This document shows positions 9,662-17,812 of a stretch of 64,000 bases of DNA, piece after piece. The stretch covers positions 4,160,001-4,224,000 of the forward strand of contig OY843751.1 of NCBI GenBank assembly GCA_963693055.1. Reading direction: 5' to 3'. A model generated the notes under the pieces. The model was not told where the DNA came from. It was given only the letters and a program-made list of their open reading frames with translations, and did not search any database. Source of the DNA: a bacterium (GTDB lineage: Bacteria > Zhuqueibacterota > Zhuqueibacteria > Residuimicrobiales > Krinioviventaceae). A program made the position numbers and the translations under genes. How positions within the stretch are numbered: the first letter of the stretch is position 1; every line of letters starts with the position of its first letter.

Positions 9662-11230
9662 ATGAAAAACATTATGCAATCTGGTAAAGCAATTACAGTT
9701 TTAACTGTACTGCGGGTAATTGTAGGTTGGCATTTTTTATATGAAGGAATTGCCAAACTCGTAAATCCAAACTGGTCAGCTGCTGCATACTTGATGGAAT
9801 CCAAATGGCTTTTTTCCGGCTTTTTCCATTGGATCATCGCTAATCCCACAATCCTGAATATTGTTGATTTTCTCAATATCTGGGGACTCATTTTTATTGG
9901 TCTCGGATTATTTGTGGGCTTGTTTACACGCACCGCAAGTTATGCGGGTATTTTTTTGCTAATGCTTTATTATGTCGCTAATCCCCCCTTTGTTCACTCT
10001 AGCGCACCATCAGAAGGACATTATTACATCATAAACAAAAACCTCATAGAAGCCGCAATCCTTCTCCTGTTTGCTTTGATGAATAAAGAATCCCTATGGG
10101 GAATTGACAGGCTTTTATCATTCTATATGCAAAAACGCAAAAACAAAACCTTCCCTGAAGCAGACAATCATGACCTTAAAGAATTTGTTGATAATCCAAG
10201 AAGAGAGCTCTTGAAAAATCTGGTTACTCTGCCGGTGATGGGTGCCGCTTTTTTCGGTGTAGCTAAAAAACATGGTTGGATCAGCTTTGAAGAAAACAAT
10301 CTACAGGCTGCAGACGCACAGACAAGTGCTTCAGTAATATTCTCAAGTGGTATGGATATTAAAGAATTAAAAGCTCAAGTTCCTCATGGAAAGATCAAAG
10401 ACAACCAAATCAGCCGCATTATCGTTGGCGGCAACCTGGTTAGCGGATTTGCCCATTCACGTGATCTCATATATGTCTCTTCCATTTTGAAAAAATATTT
10501 CACAGATGAAAAAGTAATTGAAACCCTGTGGCTATGTGAAGCATGCGGAATCAATACCGCTCTGCTCAGAACCGATGAAAGCACCATCCGAATTCTTGAT
10601 AAATATTGGAAACGAGGCGGAAAAATCCAATGGCTTGCCCAAACATATCCCAAAGAAAATGACTTTACAAATGTACAAATGGCAATTGACAATGGCGCCA
10701 TGGGAGCATTCTGCCAGGGAGCAATTGCAGATACATTTATTCGAGACAATAAACTGGATGATTTGGAAAAAACAATCTCTTTTATCAGAAGCAAAGGTAT
10801 CATTGCCGGTACCGCCGCGCATTCACTCCAGGTACCAATCGTTTGTGAAAAATCGGGATTGGATCTGGATTTCTATATGAAAACCCTGCACCATGATAAA
10901 TACTGGTCAGCTCACCCCAAAGAAATGCGTATCGAATTCAACCAGTTACAACCCAATAACGATGATCACAACCGCTACCATGATAACATCTGGTGCATCA
11001 ACCCTGAAGAAACCGTAGAGTTTTTCAAAAACGTTACCACTCCCATGATCGCTTACAAAGTTTTGGCTGCTGGCGCAATTGATCCCAAAGAGGGTTTACA
11101 TTACGTTTTTAGTAGTGGTGCCGACTTTGCATGTGTAGGTATGTTTGATTTTCAGGTAGTTGAAAACGCAAATATTACACATGATATTCTAAGCCAAAAC
11201 CTCGCACGCGAACGTAAATGGTATGCTTAA
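9662..11230 (+). CDS. DoxX-family membrane domain fused via an internal twin-arginine motif to an aldo/keto-reductase-like TIM-barrel domain
   Basis: LRVIVGWHFLYEGIAK DoxX motif with 4 TMs; NPRRELLK plus a hydrophobic stretch; ISRIIVGGN...IAYKVLAAG AKR-like signatures. Confidence 0.75.
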   Translation: MKNIMQSGKAITVLTVLRVIVGWHFLYEGIAKLVNPNWSAAAYLMESKWLFSGFFHWIIANPTILNIVDFLNIWGLIFIGLGLFVGLFTRTASYAGIFLLMLYYVANPPFVHSSAPSEGHYYIINKNLIEAAILLLFALMNKESLWGIDRLLSFYMQKRKNKTFPEADNHDLKEFVDNPRRELLKNLVTLPVMGAAFFGVAKKHGWISFEENNLQAADAQTSASVIFSSGMDIKELKAQVPHGKIKDNQISRIIVGGNLVSGFAHSRDLIYVSSILKKYFTDEKVIETLWLCEACGINTALLRTDESTIRILDKYWKRGGKIQWLAQTYPKENDFTNVQMAIDNGAMGAFCQGAIADTFIRDNKLDDLEKTISFIRSKGIIAGTAAHSLQVPIVCEKSGLDLDFYMKTLHHDKYWSAHPKEMRIEFNQLQPNNDDHNRYHDNIWCINPEETVEFFKNVTTPMIAYKVLAAGAIDPKEGLHYVFSSGADFACVGMFDFQVVENANITHDILSQNLARERKWYA

Positions 11231-11258
11231 AATTTATTCCTCATTCATTTCTTCACTC

Positions 11259-11288
11259 AGGTCCCGGGTTTCACCTGGGGCCTTTTTT
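11259..11288 (+). terminator. Intrinsic terminator
   Basis: AGGTCCCGGG-TTTCA-CCTGGGGCCT followed by a T-run. Confidence 0.75.
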
Positions 11289-11420
11289 AAATTCTTAAAA
11301 AAGAAAAAAGTAAAAGACCATTCTCTTTGCATAATATAAAAGCAATCACATATTATTTTTCTTGAAAGTTTGCTAAAATAGTTTATATTAATATCGTCAA
11401 ATAATGTTTTGGATGCTTAA

Positions 11421-12230
11421 ATGGACCTGAAAAACACTTTATTATTTCTAACTATATTTTCATCATTTCAGCTATTCTCCTGTGCGGCAGAAACCCCGCT
11501 CCCCCAAAAGGGCCTTTGCGCGCATCGTGGTGCCAATAGTACGCATCCTGAAAACACATTGCCCGCGTTTCAGGAAGCAATTGATCTTGGCGCGCAAATG
11601 ATTGAATTTGATGTCCGCCAAACGCAAGACAAACATCTCGTAATTATGCATGATGAAACATTAGACAGAACCACCAACGGAACCGGAGCAGTCACAGAAT
11701 CTACTTTTGACTATATACGCTCTCTTGATGCAGGTAGCTGGAAATCAGATAAATTTGCAAACACACAGGTACCCACCTTTCAGGAAACACTCCATATGAT
11801 GCCTCGTAATATATGGCTCAATATTCATATCAAAGGAGATCCACAAATGGGTGCAGAGATAGCCCAAATAGTAGTTAAAGAAAAACGTCTGCATCAGTCA
11901 GTACTGGCTTGCTCTTATGACATGGCTCAGGCTGCATTAAAAGTGAATGACAATATACTCATTTGTAATATGGACAGGCAAGATTCTTCCTTGCAATACA
12001 CCAAAGAAACGATACAAAACAACTGTGAATTTTTGCAATTGAAAACACGGGCCGATTCTGTGCTAAACCAAATAATACCTCAATTGCATGCAAACAATAT
12101 AAAAATCAATTATTTTAGCTGTAATTCCCCCGTCAAAATGAAATCATTGTTCAATGCAGGAGTGGATTTTATATTAACAGACAATCTGGCAGAATTAATG
12201 TCTGAATATAAGCGTTCAGCTCAACATTGA
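11421..12230 (+). CDS. Glycerophosphodiester phosphodiesterase family lipoprotein
   Basis: AHRG, PENT, IEFDVRQT, MHD motifs; lipobox LFSC. Confidence 0.92.
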   Translation: MDLKNTLLFLTIFSSFQLFSCAAETPLPQKGLCAHRGANSTHPENTLPAFQEAIDLGAQMIEFDVRQTQDKHLVIMHDETLDRTTNGTGAVTESTFDYIRSLDAGSWKSDKFANTQVPTFQETLHMMPRNIWLNIHIKGDPQMGAEIAQIVVKEKRLHQSVLACSYDMAQAALKVNDNILICNMDRQDSSLQYTKETIQNNCEFLQLKTRADSVLNQIIPQLHANNIKINYFSCNSPVKMKSLFNAGVDFILTDNLAELMSEYKRSAQH

Positions 12231-12302
12231 TGGTATTAACTCTTTGAGTGAATACCGAAAAATCCGCAACAAAATATTTTTTGCCTCCTGAATGCCCACA
12301 AC

Positions 12303-12318
12303 CGGCACATGGATTGCA
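12303..12318 (+). promoter_or_regulatory. Putative sigma-54 promoter
   Basis: CGGCAC-ATGGA-TTGCA matches -24/-12 TGGCAC-N5-TTGCW with exact spacing. Confidence 0.5.
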
Positions 12319-12379
12319 AAATATTAAATTATGAAAAATTTGTTATGATTTGTATATTAATATGAACCGAGGTTAAATT

Positions 12380-12748
12380 ATGTCCGTCTATTGTAAATAC
12401 GATAATGAAGAAAATATTCTTCATATTAAAACAGACAAGACATTATCAAAAGAAGCATTAAGCGAATACCGTACAATGCTGAAAACTTTGCAGCTTAAAC
12501 CCGGCGTAAAATGCCTGGCCGACTTTACAGAAGCCTGTTACTATACAAGAATAGAAGACATGCTTTTAATTGTTGGTGCTGCCGAAGAAACTGGTAATCT
12601 TTTGTCAAACTCACAAATCGCACTTTGTACCAATAATGACCTGGCTTTTCGAATGGCTCTAATATACGAAGCCGTTAGCAACAGAACCAAGGCTTGGGTA
12701 AAAATCTTCCAGAGTCCCAACGAAGCGATTTTGTGGTTTAAAAATTAA
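12380..12748 (+). CDS. STAS/SEC14 (SpoIIAA-like) small protein
   Basis: KCLADFTEA, IALCTNNDLAFRMA and C-terminal IFQSPNEAILWF pattern. Confidence 0.7.
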   Translation: MSVYCKYDNEENILHIKTDKTLSKEALSEYRTMLKTLQLKPGVKCLADFTEACYYTRIEDMLLIVGAAEETGNLLSNSQIALCTNNDLAFRMALIYEAVSNRTKAWVKIFQSPNEAILWFKN

Positions 12749-12795
12749 AAAAAGTTAATAACAAAATCCAGATAGTAAACTATTGGGGTGCAGTA

Positions 12796-13170
12796 TTGCC
12801 TATATCGTTTGAATTTGATAAAGAGAATAATATTCTCTATGAATTCGGAACAGGCCCATTATGTGTTGATGACTTTATTCAACATCGGCAAACTATTTCC
12901 AAACTTGCTTTAAAATCCGGTCTAAAATGTTTATGCAATTACAGTGGTGCTGAAATCGATATGCACTTTAATGATATGCAGCAAATATCATTATCTGTCA
13001 TTAGATCAACAGAAATGGTGCAAATAGATAATATACAAATTGCTATCATTACAGACAATGATCTGGGATACGGCCTGGCGCGCATCTGTGAAGCAATGAC
13101 TTCAGATGAAAAACATGATGTTCAGGTTTTTAGATCTATAGAAAATGCAAAAACATGGTTGGATATCTAA
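12796..13170 (+). CDS. STAS/SEC14 (SpoIIAA-like) small protein, paralog
   Basis: IAIITDNDLGYGLAR and VFRSIENAKTWL; homologous to the upstream gene. Confidence 0.7.
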   Translation: MPISFEFDKENNILYEFGTGPLCVDDFIQHRQTISKLALKSGLKCLCNYSGAEIDMHFNDMQQISLSVIRSTEMVQIDNIQIAIITDNDLGYGLARICEAMTSDEKHDVQVFRSIENAKTWLDI

Positions 13171-13283
13171 AAACTTTTAATCATTATATTTCCTGCAAAA
13201 TTTACTAGAAAACTCTATCGAAAAACGCTTGTATTCCTGACACAATAGTGTATATTATAGTATCCACACTCCAGGAGTTGCTT

Positions 13284-13769
13284 TTGAAATCTAGAATTAT
13301 ATTTGATTCGGTTTTTGGAAATACTGAGGAAATTGCAAAAGCAATGTACAATGCAATTTATACAAATATTGATATAGAGATATCAAGAGTAAATGACACA
13401 CATCCTCAGGATTTGTTAAATTCTGATTTGCTCATTGTCGGCTCTCCTACACGGGCGTTCAGTCCTACACCGTCTACAACAAAACTCTTGAAACAAATCA
13501 AAGCAAGAGGATTAAAAGACACTTTTATTGCAGCGTTTGATACACGAATGGAAATTGATAAAATTAATTCAAAATTCCTTCAAATAATGGAAAAATTATT
13601 TGGATACGCGGCCAAACCCATAGCAGATCTGCTGGTTAAAAAAGGAGGCAAACTTGTTGCGCCACCAGAAGGCTTTATTGTCGATGGAGAACAAGGGCCG
13701 TTAAAAGCAGGTGAACTTGAGCGCGCCGCAAATTGGGCCAAAACTTTATTAACTCAAATAGAAGATTAA
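13284..13769 (+). CDS. Flavodoxin family protein
   Basis: IIFDSVFGNTEEIA, VGSPT and AAFDTR motifs; TTG start at 13284 after AGGAG; promoter-like TTGTAT-16-TATATT at 13229-13256. Confidence 0.88.
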   Translation: MKSRIIFDSVFGNTEEIAKAMYNAIYTNIDIEISRVNDTHPQDLLNSDLLIVGSPTRAFSPTPSTTKLLKQIKARGLKDTFIAAFDTRMEIDKINSKFLQIMEKLFGYAAKPIADLLVKKGGKLVAPPEGFIVDGEQGPLKAGELERAANWAKTLLTQIED

Positions 13770-13770
13770 T

Positions 13771-14076
13771 ATGAAATACTCTGAAATCCAAATCGACAAT
13801 CCTATCGATCTAAAAAGTATCAACAAATTCATCAAAGATCTGGGAAACTGTGAAACACCACAACTTTTAATCAACATCGGTGATCATCACTTTGAATCTA
13901 TCGAAGCAATTCAAGAGCTCAAAACCAGACTCTTGAACAAGGCAGCCATATTAGACCGCTTTGAAAAAATCGCAATCATTCACCCTCCCGGCTTTCCAAA
14001 TGAGAGTGAAGATGAAGACATTTACCGCTATTTTAGTGAACAAAAAGAAGCTGTCAAGTGGTTAAATAAAAAATAA
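13771..14076 (+). CDS. Small STAS/SEC14-like hypothetical protein
   Basis: KIAIIHP and YFSEQKEAVKWL resemble the SpoIIAA-like C-terminus. Confidence 0.55.
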   Translation: MKYSEIQIDNPIDLKSINKFIKDLGNCETPQLLINIGDHHFESIEAIQELKTRLLNKAAILDRFEKIAIIHPPGFPNESEDEDIYRYFSEQKEAVKWLNKK

Positions 14077-14230
14077 ACCATCAGCAGGGGCGTTGAGAAA
14101 AAAAAAGTTTTGCTGTTGGTAAAATTCAGCCCTACCAGTAATCAAAACTTGCCTGGCTCCCGGCAAAATCAAGAGACAAACTCGCAATAGCCTGGAGAGT
14201 GATTTTCAGTCAATTTTAGATTACCTGAAT

Positions 14231-14262
14231 AAAAAAAAGGAGACCCTCAGGCCTCCTTTTTA
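14231..14262. terminator. Bidirectional intrinsic terminator
   Basis: A8-GGAG-accctcaggc-CTCC-T-run between convergent genes. Confidence 0.7.
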
Positions 14263-14286
14263 TGTTTCAAAACTATTGTTTCCAGT

Positions 14287-14751
14287 CTATTTTGCCATGC
14301 CTTCCAATGCGGTCAGCTTTTCTAACGGACTTTTAAAAGCGTCTCCACTTCCCGCCGCCGGAGCTGCCAGTTCGAGCGATTCCAATCGCTCAAGTGGACT
14401 ACCACTCAAAGGTTCGCTGAATTCCGTACCACTTGTTGCGCTATAATCATCCTCATCAGACAGCAATACATCACCAACCTGTATATATTGTCCGTTAAAA
14501 GATTCCACTTCTTTGGCAGCAATACCATTTTGTAGCGCTTTAACAATCTCTAACCGGCCAATACGTTCATAATCAAAACCAACCATACGGTATACATCGT
14601 ACTGCATACCGCGATCACCCAAATCCATATTGGTATTGATCAGCACATAATTATTGATAATCCTGACAACCTGGCCTATCTCTGTGGCAGCTTGCAGGCC
14701 GGCTGTTAGAATTAGCAGAAACACCAGAATATTTATAAATTTGTTCATCAT
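14287..14751 (-). CDS. Secreted hypothetical protein
   Basis: Signal peptide (GLQA), small beta-rich domain and a tail with duplicated SPLE(R/K)LxxLE. Confidence 0.75.
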   Translation of the reverse strand: MMNKFINILVFLLILTAGLQAATEIGQVVRIINNYVLINTNMDLGDRGMQYDVYRMVGFDYERIGRLEIVKALQNGIAAKEVESFNGQYIQVGDVLLSDEDDYSATSGTEFSEPLSGSPLERLESLELAAPAAGSGDAFKSPLEKLTALEGMAK

Positions 14752-14766
14752 AACCTCTACAATTTA

Positions 14767-16014
14767 TTAAAAACTGTAAATCAAAGAAACACGTTTAAAC
14801 AAGTTGCCGCTTGTTGAATAATCCTTGCCACTGATTATAAAGGGTCCATTGTGCAAAAAGTCAGCACCTGAATTGGTATCAAGCGCGACATCAATTTTTA
14901 GATTGCGCAAGCGGAAATAGAGCCCCAAATTGGCTGTATAATTGTTAAAGTATTCATTGTACTCGTCAAGCTCATCAGCGCTAACAGCAGACTTCATGGT
15001 CATCTTTTCAATCAATTTGTACATAGACATCCGGAAACCCAGCCAGTGGTACAATTCAGCTTCCATACCAATATTAACAAATGGTAAAATAGTATTACCG
15101 CTTTCCGGTTGAACACCAGCATCTCCAGTAAAAAATGATTTTTCAGTTGATGAGGAGCTACGCATCATACCGGTTGCACAGGTTACCAATACTTTTTCAC
15201 GGGGAACAATATCAAAACCAACTCCAGCTGTGAAACTACTCTGTTTATCAAGCAATGATTTAATGGGATCGTTGACATGATTTGGATCACCTGCTAGTAC
15301 ATCTTGATCAACTGCATACTTATACCCATAACCATCATTTGTAAAATTCAAAAAGGGTACAAGAACAACTTTATTTGTCATAGAGTACAGATAACGGGCG
15401 GTAAAGCTAATGGTGCGATGACCATTGGGTTCGCGATAAATGGCAGCATCACGAGATGTGTCTTCCCACTGAAAATCTCTGCCTGTGTATGAAAAAGAAG
15501 CATCCAGCTGATTGCGGGAATCCGGTTTGTAACTCACTCCGCCTTCAAATAAAGTGCTAGACAAGTGACCGTTTTGACTAACATCGTTTACAGGATCAGA
15601 ATACTCGCCCTTGTTTGTATAAGACGCCAAATGAACACCATAATTAAAATCTCCTGCACGATATCCAACCAGAATATCCATCTTTTGAGTGGCAACATAA
15701 CCGGCAAGCTGAGGATCAGTATACGCGATTGTACGCGTATCATCTGTCAGATACAATCCCAGGCTGATCTGTGATGTAATGGGCAAGTTTACACCACCAC
15801 CGGCAAGAGGATTACCTGTGTAGGATTCCATAAAAACATTATTGTCATAGTTAACCAGCGTTGAAGGGAACAGCCAAATATTATAACTATCAATCACATA
15901 ATAATTGGCAAGATAACCCAGTGACTGAACACGGGTACCACTGGCAGATAAAGGTGCGGCTGCTGTTAACAGCAAACATAGAACGAGGAGCACAATTTTC
16001 AAGGTTTTCATCAA
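14767..16014 (-). CDS. Outer membrane beta-barrel protein (FadL/PorV-superfamily-like N-terminus)
   Basis: Signal peptide, RVQSLG...D..NIWLFPSTL hatch-like segment, amphipathic strands, C-terminal YSF. Confidence 0.7.
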   Translation of the reverse strand: MMKTLKIVLLVLCLLLTAAAPLSASGTRVQSLGYLANYYVIDSYNIWLFPSTLVNYDNNVFMESYTGNPLAGGGVNLPITSQISLGLYLTDDTRTIAYTDPQLAGYVATQKMDILVGYRAGDFNYGVHLASYTNKGEYSDPVNDVSQNGHLSSTLFEGGVSYKPDSRNQLDASFSYTGRDFQWEDTSRDAAIYREPNGHRTISFTARYLYSMTNKVVLVPFLNFTNDGYGYKYAVDQDVLAGDPNHVNDPIKSLLDKQSSFTAGVGFDIVPREKVLVTCATGMMRSSSSTEKSFFTGDAGVQPESGNTILPFVNIGMEAELYHWLGFRMSMYKLIEKMTMKSAVSADELDEYNEYFNNYTANLGLYFRLRNLKIDVALDTNSGADFLHNGPFIISGKDYSTSGNLFKRVSLIYSF

Positions 16015-16249
16015 AGCCTCCTGTAAACATTTTCAAATGAAAATGATTAATTTTTTTGGGCATCTATTAATACCCGTCACTATAATGGAATGCCTCAAGA
16101 TAACTTATTATTCCTATAAAATCAAGAAAAATTACTTAACAACATAAAAAACTTGACGTTAGCCCAAAAACACCATTTCAAAAATTTCCAGCTTGAAATC
16201 ATCAGAAATAAATACTATTTTTAACTATCCCAAAAATGAGGACACAAAT

Positions 16250-17221
16250 ATGCTGAAATTAATCCGGTTGTACTCGCTTTTAATCCTGTTTGCAACAATA
16301 GCTTGCGTAAAATCAACACAAAACACAATCCCTCAACGTCCCGAAATAATTAAACTCGGCACAATTGATTGTGATCTGGTAGAAACAACCCCCATTGTAT
16401 TTAATGAAAAAGTTTGGCGTTTTGAATATGTTAGAATCAAATATGCGCACAATACTACCGGAGATTCCTATTTCCGTTTCATCAATCACGAAACCGGTCA
16501 AGCGACTCCCCCTTTTGCTCAAGGCTACCATTTGGGCAGTGCGTTTGTTAATAAAGATTCCGTATATGTCAGTTGTGTAGATATATGGGATGGTGAGATC
16601 ATTCAACTGTTTGTCTCGGCAGATCTTGAACACTGGACCACCCGCACCGCATTAAATTTGCCAGGCTATGGAATTTTCAACACATCCATGTGTAAAGCAG
16701 ATAATCGTTTTGTTCTCATGTATGAAATTGGCAAACCCCAATCAAAAGCCGGTGTTCGCTTTACCGCAAACTTTGCAGAATCACAAGACCTCTTGAATTG
16801 GAAAACCTTGCCTGCAGAATGTAATTATGCGCAAGATCGTTATACCGCGCCCCATGCATTGCGCTACCTTGATGGATATTTTTATGACTTTTATCTCGAA
16901 GCCCATGAAGGATATGAAATGCGGGTTGTACGCTCAAAAGATCTGATCAACTGGCATCCAAGTCCTTTCAATCCTGTTCTCAAGGCATCAGATAAAGACA
17001 AACAGATTGCAAATCCCGGGCTGACAGAGAATGAGCGTGAACGCATCTTAAATGCTAAAAACATTAACAATTCTGACATTGACTTTTGTGAATTCAAGGG
17101 AAAACTGATCATCAATTACTCGTGGGGTAACCAGCGAGGCAAAGAATTCCTTGCGGAAGCAGAGTACAAAGGTACGCTAGAACAATTTCTAACAGGATGG
17201 TTTCCAAAGACAGACCAATAA
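16250..17221 (+). CDS. Lipoprotein with probable five-bladed beta-propeller glycosidase-like fold
   Basis: Start moved to ATG 16250 (GAGG RBS; TTGAAA-17-TATTTT at 16193-16221); lipobox TIAC; repeated SxDLxxW blades. Confidence 0.65.
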   Translation: MLKLIRLYSLLILFATIACVKSTQNTIPQRPEIIKLGTIDCDLVETTPIVFNEKVWRFEYVRIKYAHNTTGDSYFRFINHETGQATPPFAQGYHLGSAFVNKDSVYVSCVDIWDGEIIQLFVSADLEHWTTRTALNLPGYGIFNTSMCKADNRFVLMYEIGKPQSKAGVRFTANFAESQDLLNWKTLPAECNYAQDRYTAPHALRYLDGYFYDFYLEAHEGYEMRVVRSKDLINWHPSPFNPVLKASDKDKQIANPGLTENERERILNAKNINNSDIDFCEFKGKLIINYSWGNQRGKEFLAEAEYKGTLEQFLTGWFPKTDQ

Positions 17222-17434
17222 AAAAAGCTATTTTTAGAAAAATTTATTCTTAAAAAGCTATTTTTTACTAAAAATCTGATAAAAAAATAATATTTATTCA
17301 AAATAATAAAACTTTTTGTTGCATTTGAATAATAAATAGTGTAACTTTGTAAACTAAATAACTGTACGCCGTTTTTATGCTAGTTAGAAAAATTTGTTTA
17401 CAAAAAATTTTATAAAAAGTTCAAAAAAAAGATT

Positions 17435-17477
17435 ATCGCTGCGAAGAGCGTAATGCTGTTCAATGCGATTTTTTTTT
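17435..17477 (+). promoter_or_regulatory. Hairpin + U-tract in second csp 5' leader
   Basis: ATCGC..GAA.AGC-loop-GCT.TTC..GCGAT followed by a T-run about 55 nt before the ATG. Confidence 0.4.
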
Positions 17478-17533
17478 GTCGATACAGCAAAAAAAAGTGT
17501 ACAAAGTTTTATTTTATCATGAAGGAAAGTACA

Positions 17534-17734
17534 ATGGAAAAAGGTACTGTAAAGTGGTTTAACGGTTCAAAGGGTTATGGCTTTATCACTAAAGAAGACG
17601 GCCAAGATGTGTTTGTTCATTTTAACGCCATCAATGGTGATGGATACAGAACATTAGATGAAGGCGATCAGGTAGAATTTGAAACCGAACAAGGCCAAAA
17701 AGGTTTGCAAGCGGCGAATGTAACTAAATTATAA
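17534..17734 (+). CDS. cspA: Cold-shock protein, CspA family
   Basis: [18 protein letters not shown]...VFVHF; start moved to 17534 after AAGGAA. Confidence 0.95.
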   Translation: MEKGTVKWFNGSKGYGFITKEDGQDVFVHFNAINGDGYRTLDEGDQVEFETEQGQKGLQAANVTKL

Positions 17735-17752
17735 TTCTATATACTTGTAAGC

Positions 17753-17790
17753 AAAAGCCCTGTTAATTTTTTTACCAGGGCTTTCTTTTT
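17753..17790. terminator. Bidirectional intrinsic terminator
   Basis: AAAGCCCTG...CAGGGCTTT flanked by A and T tracts, between convergent genes. Confidence 0.8.
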
Positions 17791-17812
17791 ATATACCTGT
17801 TACAATTGTCTG

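Noticed and set aside
17222-17265. Twice-repeated AAAAAGCTATTTTT upstream of csp2
   Set aside because: Low complexity within very AT-rich DNA; cannot be distinguished from chance
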